From: Opitutales bacterium
Lineage (GTDB): Bacteria; Verrucomicrobiota; Verrucomicrobiia; Opitutales; PNEW01
Assembly (NCBI GenBank): GCA_965219535.1
Contig: CBDCNV010000002.1
Coordinates: 1,200,001-1,232,000 of the forward strand
Direction: 5' to 3'
DNA length: 32,000 bases
The notes under the pieces are model-generated. The model worked only from the letters and a program-made list of their open reading frames with translations, ran no database searches and had not been told where the DNA came from. A program made the position numbers and the translations under genes. This document shows, piece after piece, positions 17,065 through 25,237 of the stretch (its first letter is position 1; the number at the start of each line of letters is the position of its first letter).

Positions 17065-17204
17065 TTGTCATTGCGAGGAGCATTGCGACGAAGCTACCGA
17101 TTCCTGCAACAGCAGGACGACATCTTCCATTCCAGGGGGCTAACAACATGTGACCGAAATCCCCTGAATCGCCGCAGTCGGCTTCGCCTCCATCGCGATG
17201 ACAA
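17065..17204. repeat. MITE-like family-C element (about 140 nt) with terminal inverted repeats
   Basis: The left end is TTGTCATTGCGAGGAG and the right end is CCTCCATCGCGATGACAA. It contains a degenerate REP-A copy (17095..17133). Its right half, GCCGCAGTCGGCTTCGCCTCC, is the reverse complement of the left half of the copy at 26996. Confidence 0.55.
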
Positions 17205-17386
17205 TAAAAAATCAATCTAAAATGGGTAATTGTTTAAACCGTGAACCCTGCCTGCCCTGAGCATAGTCGAAGGGAACCGCTGAAACGCTGAACCGTGAAC
17301 CTCCAAACCTTCCCCCCCTCTTTTCCGGTTGCAAATGACCCTGTCGGTTGGTATTTCAAACTCCGGAATAAAGAAAGAAGAATTCC

Positions 17387-18490
17387 ATGAAACAATCACT
17401 TGCACCAGCCTCGGCGAATGGAGCTCATGAACGGACGGCTATTTCTCTTATCGATAGCGACGTCCACAATTACCCCGATTCGGTCGATGAGTTGATGCCC
17501 TATTTACCCGACAGGTGGCAGGCCTACATCAAGCAGTCGGGATTCAAGAGTCCGCCGGGGCCCGTCTACCCGAAAGGTTTTGATATGGCTGCGCGCCGGG
17601 ACGCCTGGCCGCCTAACGGAAAAAAACCGGGAAGCGATCCAGTCTTTGCAAGCCGCCAATTGCTGGACACATGGGGAATTGATCGGGCAATTCTTAATCC
17701 GCTATATGGAGTGTCGGCAGTGTTCAACCTTGACTTTGCCAATGCGCTGATGCGAGCGGTCAATGACTGGACAGCGAATGACTGGCTGAGTACTGATGAG
17801 CGCTGGCGAGGATCGATCGCAGTCAACGTGTGTGATGCTGCAAGTTCGGCCGAGGAAATAAAACGGGTGGCTCGTGACCCCCGCTTTGTCCAGGTGCTTT
17901 TACTCGTGCGTTCACATGCGCCCTATGGTCGACGTGAATTTCACCCCATTTTTCAGACGGCTGCCGAAGTGAATCTACCGATTGGTATTCATTTTGGTGG
18001 TAACGGAAACCCGATTACGGCATGCGGATGGCCTTCTTACTACATTGAGGACCACACCGCCATGGCGCAGGCATTTCAGGCCCAGGTTGTCAGCCTTGTA
18101 TGCGAGGGCGTGTTCGAAAAATATCCTCAGACACGGGTCTGTCTTATAGAAGGAGGCTTTGCCTGGCTGCCACCACTGATGTGGCGTCTGGACAAAAATT
18201 ACCGGGGATTGCGCAGTGAAGTGCCCTGGCTCAAGAAGCTACCAAGCGAGTACATCCAGGAACACTTTCGCGCCACGACCCAACCGATGGAAGAGCCGGC
18301 AAATCCCGAGCACCTGATGCAGATCATCGAGATGATCGGTCGAGATGACTTTCTCCTCTTTGCCACCGATTATCCTCACTGGGACTTCGATGCCCCGGAC
18401 AAGGCGATACCGGCCATCGTGCCGGATGCTTTACGCCGACGCATCATGGTTGATAACGCCGCGGACTTTTATGACTTCGAGCGAGCTTGA
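17387..18490 (+). CDS. Amidohydrolase_2-family metal-dependent hydrolase/decarboxylase (ACMSD-like fold)
   Basis: 367-aa ORF with IDSDVHNY (the metal-binding DxH at strand 1), a later HFGG, and a C-terminal FATDYPHWD typical of PF04909-type proteins. Confidence 0.8.
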   Translation: MKQSLAPASANGAHERTAISLIDSDVHNYPDSVDELMPYLPDRWQAYIKQSGFKSPPGPVYPKGFDMAARRDAWPPNGKKPGSDPVFASRQLLDTWGIDRAILNPLYGVSAVFNLDFANALMRAVNDWTANDWLSTDERWRGSIAVNVCDAASSAEEIKRVARDPRFVQVLLLVRSHAPYGRREFHPIFQTAAEVNLPIGIHFGGNGNPITACGWPSYYIEDHTAMAQAFQAQVVSLVCEGVFEKYPQTRVCLIEGGFAWLPPLMWRLDKNYRGLRSEVPWLKKLPSEYIQEHFRATTQPMEEPANPEHLMQIIEMIGRDDFLLFATDYPHWDFDAPDKAIPAIVPDALRRRIMVDNAADFYDFERA

Positions 18491-18848
18491 TATAGGAACT
18501 GTCAACGACTTCGTTCAGGGCAAACCCAAACGGGTGGAAGTAAATGGCCGCGCTTTAGTGGTCGTACGCGAGCAGGATCAGTTTTACGCCCTCCACGATA
18601 CCTGCCCTCATCAAGGCGCCAGTCTATCCCAGGGTCACGTGAGCGGCACTACACTTTACTGCAAACCAGGAGAAAGCATACCTTACGGTTCTGATGGTCA
18701 GATTCTGGTCTGTCCGTGGCACGGCTACGAGTACAACTTGCGCACCGGGCGTTCAATTTTCGATCCTGAAACGATAAGAGTCCGCAGTTATCCCTTGCGC
18801 GTCGAAGGCGACCGGATTCTAATTAACCTCGATCCTGGCTCGCTGTAG
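18471..18848 (+). CDS. Rieske [2Fe-2S] domain protein with an unusually long inter-motif spacer
   Basis: CPHQG ... CPWHGYEY. I chose the in-frame ATG at 18471 (MTSSELDIG..., 125 aa), which overlaps the amidohydrolase stop by 20 nt. The track ORF start at 18345 lies inside the upstream gene. Confidence 0.8.
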   Translation: MTSSELDIGTVNDFVQGKPKRVEVNGRALVVVREQDQFYALHDTCPHQGASLSQGHVSGTTLYCKPGESIPYGSDGQILVCPWHGYEYNLRTGRSIFDPETIRVRSYPLRVEGDRILINLDPGSL

Positions 18849-18905
18849 TAGCAGTCTCAAGAAGAGGCACTTGAAAGTTAACTTTACTTCAATAAACTCT
18901 TAGCC

Positions 18906-19721
18906 ATGTTGTCAGCACTTGAAGTCGGTCAGTTTCACGCCTTTGGTTTTACCGTGATAAGAAATTGCTTGAGCGCCGATGAATTTGAGCAAATCGAAAA
19001 GGCCTATAGGCATATTATCCCGAGTGCTCCTCTTTATGACTATTTCACTAAAATCGGAACACGCATGACTTCCCGTTTTGTTTTTGAGGATGAAACCCTT
19101 GGGAATTTGATCGAGCACCCTAAAGTGATGGAGGTGATGCGCGACATATGGGGGACCGAATGCCTTTACAATGGGGGGCAGGATATGTGGGAAAACAGAG
19201 ATGAAACGCCCTGGCATTGCGATGGCCCCCCCGGACGGAAAACACTAACACTTAAAATCGCTCTTTACTTCGATGAAATGGATAAAAATTCGGGTTCATT
19301 AAATGTCATTCCCGGCAGCCATCACCCTGAATTTTCGGCTACCCTTTTCCAGTCTTGTGGTTACTGGGAAAAAGGGTCTCGCCCGCGCCTCCACCTCGAT
19401 CCGGATAATATTCCAGGAGCAATTTCCCTGCACACGCAGCCGGGCGATGTCGTTTTGTGGAACAACCATATCTGGCACTCAGCTTTTAAACGAGAAGATG
19501 GTCGCCCGCGAAGGACACTGTTTATCGGCTACACACCCGATCCCGGAAATGATCTGCTTGATATTTTGGAATTGAGAAATCAGGTGAAATATCATTTGAG
19601 TGAAGATCGACCCTACATGTATAGTGATGAGATGATTCGAAATGCCGGACCCGCACGTAAAAAGATGGTCGCTCGACTTGAGGAATTGGGTGTAGAAAAT
19701 ATACACGAGAAAAATTGTTAA
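18906..19721 (+). CDS. Phytanoyl-CoA dioxygenase (PhyH) family Fe(II)/2OG oxygenase
   Basis: 271-aa ORF with PWHCDG (HxD) and a distal NNHIWHSAF His. PhyH-like length and layout. Confidence 0.8.
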   Translation: MLSALEVGQFHAFGFTVIRNCLSADEFEQIEKAYRHIIPSAPLYDYFTKIGTRMTSRFVFEDETLGNLIEHPKVMEVMRDIWGTECLYNGGQDMWENRDETPWHCDGPPGRKTLTLKIALYFDEMDKNSGSLNVIPGSHHPEFSATLFQSCGYWEKGSRPRLHLDPDNIPGAISLHTQPGDVVLWNNHIWHSAFKREDGRPRRTLFIGYTPDPGNDLLDILELRNQVKYHLSEDRPYMYSDEMIRNAGPARKKMVARLEELGVENIHEKNC

Positions 19722-19739
19722 GTTGTAGGGAATTAACAG

Positions 19740-20114
19740 ATGAGTAAAAGTACGGCCCAATATTGGAATGTTCTAGCGGCCTCGAACGCGTGTGCCTGGG
19801 AAACTATCGATGACACAGACGGTATGATGGAGCAGTTAACTTTAGCGATCGATGATGAAACAGGAGACTACACGCGACTGACACGATTTAAAGTGGGCAC
19901 TAATACCAAAGATTTTGGCAGCAAGTCACATGACTATCCGGAGGAAATATATATTATTTCCGGTCGTTTATACGATGAGGCTTTTGATAGGTGGTTAGAA
20001 GCGGGTCATTATACCAGCCGACCCCCCGGCGAAATTCATGGCCCCTTTATTTGTGAACAGGATTGTTTGGTCTTGGAGATCTCTTATCCAAGCCAGTCCA
20101 ATAATACATCTTAA
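19740..20114 (+). CDS. Cupin-domain protein (ChrR-like cupin)
   Basis: 124-aa ORF 19 nt after the PhyH gene, with the HDYPEEIYIISGRLYD ... PPGEIHGPF cupin pattern. Confidence 0.7.
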   Translation: MSKSTAQYWNVLAASNACAWETIDDTDGMMEQLTLAIDDETGDYTRLTRFKVGTNTKDFGSKSHDYPEEIYIISGRLYDEAFDRWLEAGHYTSRPPGEIHGPFICEQDCLVLEISYPSQSNNTS

Positions 20115-20277
20115 CAGGTATATGTAGTAAGCGGTTCGCTCACTTTGTTAGCTGGACGATGTTGACGCGCTGTTACAATCGATAGATGAAGTTCTCCGAG
20201 TAGTAAGAACCAATGGTGTTGGACCTTTAATCATTAATCCAACAACTAAATAAGTATCTATAAAGTATAAGCTAAAT

Positions 20278-20541
20278 TTAAGCGGCTATTATACTTGAAC
20301 TATTCTCATCACAAACGACTCGGATTTTACCCCCGTTGGTGGCTTCCGCTTTTAGATGTGTTGCCGCGTAGTCTAAGGAATTCGGATTTACGAGGTGTGT
20401 TTCTTCTCCGCTCGTCTCACTGAGCATAACTTTTTTCGCTTTGCCCCATGAGTAAAAGGTAGAGACAACATAATATTGAAAGGTTAAGATTAGAACACCA
20501 GCCATTACCCATAAGATTGGGAGCATATTTGTTATTTCCAT
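20278..20541 (-). CDS. Small single-pass membrane protein, unknown function
   Basis: 87-aa ORF with one hydrophobic helix (MLPILWVMAGVLILTFQYYVVSTF). It lies in AT-rich DNA and has no recognisable motif. Confidence 0.35.
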   Translation of the reverse strand: MEITNMLPILWVMAGVLILTFQYYVVSTFYSWGKAKKVMLSETSGEETHLVNPNSLDYAATHLKAEATNGGKIRVVCDENSSSIIAA

Positions 20542-20975
20542 GATTATTGTTTTTATTAGGGTTTATACTTTATTTCTTGATACTTAATTAATAAAATAGC
20601 CATTTATTTCGTTTTGTATAGCTAAAATTCATAGTTTTTTTTTTTTATATATAATATAGGTAATATACACTATATTTATCATACTTAACTGTTTACAGTT
20701 ATTTGTAGAGGTAAAGAATGATTGAGGGGGGCTTAATTTAGCTGATAACCACTCAATCTCGCTTGATTGGCACTACGGCTGGTGAGTGCTATATTGAGCC
20801 CTCAGAAAAAAAGTGAATTTAAATAGATTAATCCACCTAATTATCCAATGAATGCCTTATGCCGGCATCCGCTCGTCACCCTGTTAAATTCTAATCGGTG
20901 CCCTATAAATATTTTATGATCTTTAATTCGCAAAAAAGAAATAATATTTTTATCACTTAAAAGATGTAGAGGCTG

Positions 20976-21440
20976 ATGAAAAATTTTTCAATGAATATAT
21001 ACCGTTCGATAAAGTTGCACTCCGGTAATTGTGCAGCAGCAACGCTTGTCGAAGTCATGGTCAGCGTAGTCATTTTCGGACTCGTCTTCGGCGCGGTCGC
21101 CTCTGTCCTCACACAGGGATATATGATCATGGAAACCGCGCGCGATAATACCCGTGTCTCTCAAGTGCTCCAAAGCGAAATTGAAAGACTGCGCTCCATG
21201 AGTTGGGCTGATCTGGATGGCTTGCCTAGTCCACAGCAGTACGTACCCCAATCGGGATTCAATGTTGCATTCAACAATCGCTATCAATGCACGAGAGTTA
21301 TCAATGCGCGCAAACCTGACCAAAAAGAGATTATCTTAACCGTCATTTGGGACGACAGTAAATCGATTAATCATGTGCGCCAGTTTGTTACGTATTACAC
21401 TAAGGAAGGATTAAATGACTATTTTTATCGATCGTTTTAA
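20976..21440 (+). CDS. Minor pseudopilin-like protein (GspI-like position), degenerate prepilin N-terminus
   Basis: 154-aa ORF. AATLVEVMVSVVIFGLVFG is a prepilin-like hydrophobic helix containing the conserved Glu. First gene of a tightly packed three-gene set. Confidence 0.6.
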   Translation: MKNFSMNIYRSIKLHSGNCAAATLVEVMVSVVIFGLVFGAVASVLTQGYMIMETARDNTRVSQVLQSEIERLRSMSWADLDGLPSPQQYVPQSGFNVAFNNRYQCTRVINARKPDQKEIILTVIWDDSKSINHVRQFVTYYTKEGLNDYFYRSF

Positions 21441-21966
21441 AAGTGTTCAACGACTGAAAAACCGGGCATTTACACTGGTGGAAGTGTTGATTGCAGTCAC
21501 TATCTCGATGATAGTAATCGGTGGAATTTCATCCGCCTTTTTAGTCTTTGCAAAAAGCACGATGAGCCTGGCTAACTATGCTGATATGAATGGTCAAAGC
21601 CGGACATTTTTAGAGCGTTTTGGAAGAGACATGCGAATGGCAGAAAAAGTATGGGTAGCAACCAGCGAGCGTATAGCGATCGATATTCCCATAACGGGTG
21701 GCAGCACAACCATTGATTATATTTTCGACCCGGACAACAAAAGGGTTCTTAGAGATGTGAATGCTGTGCAAATACCCGTTCTTAATAATGTTGAGGAATT
21801 TGATGTAACTTATTTTAATTTGCAGGGTAATCCGACTACCGCCTTGCTGGAAATTAAAGATGTTCAACTTGAAGCCAGAATTATGAAGAATGTTCTCTTT
21901 ATAGAAAATACTAATCAGATTGTTTCGGCGCGGTTTTTAATGCGAAATCACACCGTTAGTAACTGA
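21415..21966 (+). CDS. Minor pseudopilin (GspJ/PulJ-like), prepilin-type N-terminal domain
   Basis: 183-aa ORF with NRAFTLVEVLIAVTISMIVIGG. It overlaps the upstream gene by 26 nt. Confidence 0.75.
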   Translation: MTIFIDRFKSVQRLKNRAFTLVEVLIAVTISMIVIGGISSAFLVFAKSTMSLANYADMNGQSRTFLERFGRDMRMAEKVWVATSERIAIDIPITGGSTTIDYIFDPDNKRVLRDVNAVQIPVLNNVEEFDVTYFNLQGNPTTALLEIKDVQLEARIMKNVLFIENTNQIVSARFLMRNHTVSN

Positions 21967-21970
21967 TACG

Positions 21971-22368
21971 ATGAAAAATAGACAAACAATAATGCTTAAT
22001 AAAACTCGGGGTGCGGCTTTAGTCATTGCTGTCGTCTTTACTTTAATCATGTCAGCCTTGGTTGTCAGCTATCTCATAATAGTGAAAAATGAATTAAAAG
22101 CATCGAACCGTTTTTCGCTCTTTTTAGAAACCCTAAATATAGCTGAATCTGGAGTAGAAGAAGTTGCCTGGGCACTCAATAATAATGATTGGACGGATTG
22201 GGATGAAACGGGGATATATAAAGAACGAACATTAGATGGTTTTAATCTGAGCGCGAATAAAACGGGAAGCGTCACTATAATCGTAGAGGATTTTGCCAAC
22301 GATCCAACCGTTTATGCCGAAGGACATGTGCAAACTGTAGGTGGAGACGACATTAAAAAGCAAATTGA
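21971..22368 (+). pseudogene. N-terminal fragment of a GspK/PilX-like large minor pseudopilin, interrupted by the IS element
   Basis: RGAALVIAVVFTLIMSALVVSYL is a GspK/PilX-type N-terminus. The ORF continues into the IS (to 22480), producing a chimeric tail. The reading frame resumes at 25255. Confidence 0.8.
22361..22368. repeat. Left copy of the 8-bp target-site duplication, CAAATTGA
   Basis: An identical octamer lies at 25247..25254, immediately outside the other inverted repeat. Confidence 0.85.
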
Positions 22369-22390
22369 GGTAGTGTCTCAGTTTGAATTT
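22369..22390 (+). repeat. IRL of the IS1-family element
   Basis: GGTAGTGTCTCAGTTTGAATTT is the exact reverse complement of 25225..25246. It begins GGTRRTG like IS1 ends. Confidence 0.9.
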
Positions 22391-23220
22391 TCATCAATCA
22401 GGCTAACGATCCAAGCTATATCATGCAATTCGTTAGTCAAACCTGCTTCCATTGCCGGTGTTACTTTTAATGTCTTGTGAATACGAACAAAGTTATAATG
22501 CACGAAATACAGCGACAGCATGTGCAGATGATTTTCCAGTTTCTTAGAAAACGCATTTGTAAGCCGTGTAAAGCGTCTCATTCCCATATGCATAGATAGG
22601 TTGGAACGTTCAACATGTGACGTGCTCACAGCCGACTTGTCAGGTTTGCCAGCGATCAAATTCTTGTGTGTTCCTTTGCATACCGAAGGGCTATATTTAC
22701 GATCATGGCTTTGGCTTGAATCATCACTATAAAGCTTTACTAGTTGTGCATAGTCAACATCTCCCCCAAATGCCCCTTCAATAGCCTGTAAATAGGCACG
22801 GTGACCATCTGTAGTGAGTTGCACACGGTTTGCCAGACGTGACCGCAAATCAGACATAAAATCAAGAGCAGTATCAGCGGAGCGGTCACCCACTTCGTAA
22901 GACAAGATCATCTTGCTGGTGCTATCAAGAGCCGTCCAGGTCCAGACATCACCTGCATCTTGTGGTGCGGCCTTAGCGGTAGGAATATTTTTGTCCTTAG
23001 CGTAGCAGAATGACCAGATTTCATCACACTGGACACGCCGGGCTTTTACGTTGCGAACCTTCTCATTATGATAGGCAGCACAAGCTTTGCCAGCGTCTAC
23101 AAGTAGCTTGGTCACCGTGTTGATTGAAACATCCACAGTTCGGGAGATTGACCGCATGGACATACCTTCAACCAGCATCGAAAGGATCATTACGCGTTTT
23201 TCTAAGGGCAGTTTGTTCAT
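22378..23220 (-). CDS. IS1-family transposase (single-ORF type, HTH + DDE)
   Basis: 280-aa ORF with the N-terminal HTH MSMRSISRTVDVSINTVTKLL. Candidate DDE residues lie in QCDEIWSF, TTDGHRAY and VERSNLSMHMGMRRFTRLTNAFSKKLENH. The last matches the IS1 InsB pattern IERxNLxxRxxxxRLxRKxxxFSK. Confidence 0.85.
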   Translation of the reverse strand: MNKLPLEKRVMILSMLVEGMSMRSISRTVDVSINTVTKLLVDAGKACAAYHNEKVRNVKARRVQCDEIWSFCYAKDKNIPTAKAAPQDAGDVWTWTALDSTSKMILSYEVGDRSADTALDFMSDLRSRLANRVQLTTDGHRAYLQAIEGAFGGDVDYAQLVKLYSDDSSQSHDRKYSPSVCKGTHKNLIAGKPDKSAVSTSHVERSNLSMHMGMRRFTRLTNAFSKKLENHLHMLSLYFVHYNFVRIHKTLKVTPAMEAGLTNELHDIAWIVSLIDENSN

Positions 23221-23269
23221 GCCCTTAATATCGTATAATGACCCTTATTTATCAAGCATTAATTTCACT

Positions 23270-23470
23270 TTAAGTGAAATTATACGGCCTACTTTTATTG
23301 CTTCCATATGGAAATGGAATGCTTGCAGGTTCATTCTGGGTATCTTCTTCAAGATCACTTAGATAGTCTAAATCATCAAATTCTTCTTTAAGTCTTCGAT
23401 TAGCATCATCAAAGATCTTTATATATGGATTGGTTGATTTATCAGACTCTGGTGATTGATTTTTTTTCAT
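23270..23470 (-). CDS. Small acidic protein (66 aa), unknown function, IS cargo
   Basis: Its ATG overlaps the protease stop as ATGA (23467..23470). Rich in D/E (EEFDDLDYLSDLEEDTQNE). No known motif. Confidence 0.45.
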   Translation of the reverse strand: MKKNQSPESDKSTNPYIKIFDDANRRLKEEFDDLDYLSDLEEDTQNEPASIPFPYGSNKSRPYNFT

Positions 23471-24357
23471 ATTATTGTCCTTAGTCCTTGTTGTGAATGA
23501 ATATAACCTCTAATACCAGATTTTTTGGTATAATAATCGACGCAAAGACCATGATAATGTTTAATTGCGTTATTTAGTTCTTCGTTATTTCCATAATCGT
23601 CTACCTCTAATTTAATTTCAGGTCCCACCAATTCTCTCATAGGAATACCTCGACCATGTGAGTGCCATTTTTCAGCATTCCCTAAAATTTTGCTGATATC
23701 CTCTGCTCGTTTTTTCTTCATTTTATCAGTAACTTTCTCTTTTCTGGATCCAGTTTCATTCCAATCTTTAAATTTATATTTCGGGAGCCATTCCATAATA
23801 AGCGATCTACCATGATTAATCGCTTGTTCAATACGAAATAGTAGAGCTGGATCAAAATTTTTCACCAAATACGCCAATTCTGCATTTGATGGTAACTCAG
23901 GATTATTAATTATTTCTGTAAGGTCCTTATATTTTGAGAGATAACCAACACCAGGCAAAAGCTGCTTGCCTTCTGGGTCTTGATATTGAGGATCTATTGG
24001 CCCTAAAACAGAATAATAGTCCATGTAAATAGCATCACCAGAAAGAGCTAGAACTGTTCCTGCTGAATATGCATAGTTTGGTATTACAAAAGAAACTTTT
24101 TCGTATATAGAGCGCATAACAGAAACCAATCTTTCCACTGTTTCCATATATCCACCTAAAGTTTCAAGCATGACGATGAGATGCGTTTTCTCAGAATCGA
24201 TGGATACATTTTCAATGACGATTCTAAATTCATCGTCAAGAGGTGCCTGTAAGCCACAATTTATAAAGACACAATCCCCTTCCATCAACCTACTCAAATT
24301 CTTGTTTATATCTAGAAGAGTACATTGAATGAGTTGATCTACATTTATCCCCTCCAT
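23467..24357 (-). CDS. SDH-family ClpP/crotonase-fold serine proteinase (S49-like), IS cargo
   Basis: 296-aa ORF. LETLGGYMETVERLV ... NYAYSAGTVLALSGDAIYMDYYSVLGPIDPQ matches the ClpP-fold serine-protease core (nucleophile Ser in YSAGT). Confidence 0.75.
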   Translation of the reverse strand: MEGINVDQLIQCTLLDINKNLSRLMEGDCVFINCGLQAPLDDEFRIVIENVSIDSEKTHLIVMLETLGGYMETVERLVSVMRSIYEKVSFVIPNYAYSAGTVLALSGDAIYMDYYSVLGPIDPQYQDPEGKQLLPGVGYLSKYKDLTEIINNPELPSNAELAYLVKNFDPALLFRIEQAINHGRSLIMEWLPKYKFKDWNETGSRKEKVTDKMKKKRAEDISKILGNAEKWHSHGRGIPMRELVGPEIKLEVDDYGNNEELNNAIKHYHGLCVDYYTKKSGIRGYIHSQQGLRTII

Positions 24358-24566
24358 CTTTTCTCGGCTGCTTTCTTGGCAATCTTAGTCCTTTGCTCAC
24401 GCGTTAAGGATTCAGCACGTGCTTTACCTCCAACTAGTCCTCCATTGCGTTTTGCTGGTTGTTTGTAACCTGTTTCCTCGATTTCACCCGTCGCGATCTT
24501 TGCAACTGTTACAGCATTGCCAATCACGTCCGCAGGTCGTTTTTGTCCTTTTTGTCCTTTTGGCAT
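24345..24566 (-). CDS. Small basic protein (73 aa) with C-terminal GGKARAxxLTxEQRxxIAKKAAxKRW motif, IS cargo
   Basis: Lys/Arg-rich. ADVIGNAVTVAKIATGE plus the GGKARA...RW tail is a pattern I recall from small uncharacterised proteins on mobile DNA. The stop overlaps the protease start by 13 nt. Confidence 0.6.
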   Translation of the reverse strand: MPKGQKGQKRPADVIGNAVTVAKIATGEIEETGYKQPAKRNGGLVGGKARAESLTREQRTKIAKKAAEKRWRG

Positions 24567-24637
24567 TAGTTTTATGTTGGATTATTCGGCTGGTATATCC
24601 TTTAAAAATTGTGGACGGATAATATATTTATACAAAC

Positions 24638-24678
24638 AAAAAAAATTACATACCCGCAATCTGGCAGCGGGTATGTAA
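24638..24678 (-). terminator. Perfect 12-bp stem hairpin followed by U8 on the minus strand (intrinsic-terminator shape) in a divergent intergenic region
   Basis: TTACATACCCGC-AATCTGGCA-GCGGGTATGTAA, with A8 (24638..24645) on the plus strand, which is U8 after the stem on the minus strand. It lies upstream of the minus-strand cargo operon. Confidence 0.55.
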
Positions 24679-24718
24679 AAATAATATCATTACCCACATT
24701 TTGCAACAAAAAATCGAG

Positions 24719-25237
24719 ATGAACGATGCGAAGCAACTATTTTGGGAAGCCATCGACTGGTTGCGAGAAAGTTATTTTGAACATCGGTTCTTTGCCGAGC
24801 GGGATATTGTTTGGACGGTTCAGAAGCGCCTTATAGACGAGATTTCGCGGAAAGATCTACCGTATCGAGTATTTCATAACTACACTATAGAACTGAAAAA
24901 TGAAAATATCTACGCCGACCTTGTCCTGATCAGGCCAAAGGAAACAGTTGAAGTGGCGGCTGAATTCAAATATGAACCTGCGCATAGAAGAAGTAAAATA
25001 GATATACCTCCAGGGAAATTTAATGTCGTTAGGTGGCCCGAGGTCGAAAAAGATGTAGTTCGCATCAAGGATTGTGTGAATGAGAAACGTGTGCAATATG
25101 CTTGTTCTCTACTCATCGACGAAGGAGGTCATTTCAAAAAAAACGAACCTCCCCTTGGCGGTCGTTGGGAGAGGTGGTCGTCCGAAATCCATGTTCTCAT
25201 TTCGGAGGCAAAAAATCATTCCATAAATTCAAACTGA
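24719..25237 (+). CDS. Hypothetical protein with a PD-(D/E)xK-like motif, IS cargo
   Basis: The track ORF begins at a TTG (24701), so I prefer the ATG at 24719 (172 aa). IYADLVLIRPKETVEVAAEFKYEP fits D...ExK on consecutive beta-strands. The stop codon lies inside the IRR. Confidence 0.45.
   Translation: MNDAKQLFWEAIDWLRESYFEHRFFAERDIVWTVQKRLIDEISRKDLPYRVFHNYTIELKNENIYADLVLIRPKETVEVAAEFKYEPAHRRSKIDIPPGKFNVVRWPEVEKDVVRIKDCVNEKRVQYACSLLIDEGGHFKKNEPPLGGRWERWSSEIHVLISEAKNHSINSN

Noticed and set aside
16970-17405. ORFs of 81 aa and 62 aa on the minus strand between paralog 2 and the amidohydrolase gene
   Set aside because: Both lie entirely within the MITE-like, REP and GAACC word repeats. Their composition is low-complexity and they have no start context or motifs.
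18345-18470. Upstream extension of the Rieske ORF (track start 18345)
   Set aside because: This part overlaps the conserved C-terminus of the amidohydrolase gene in another frame. The in-frame ATG at 18471 gives a normal-length Rieske domain protein.
20542-20975. Possible tRNA or ncRNA in the long AT-rich gap before the pseudopilin operon
   Set aside because: I could not fold any cloverleaf or find conserved boxes. I saw only weak short inverted repeats and a T12 run. It is best treated as a promoter or leader region of unknown content.
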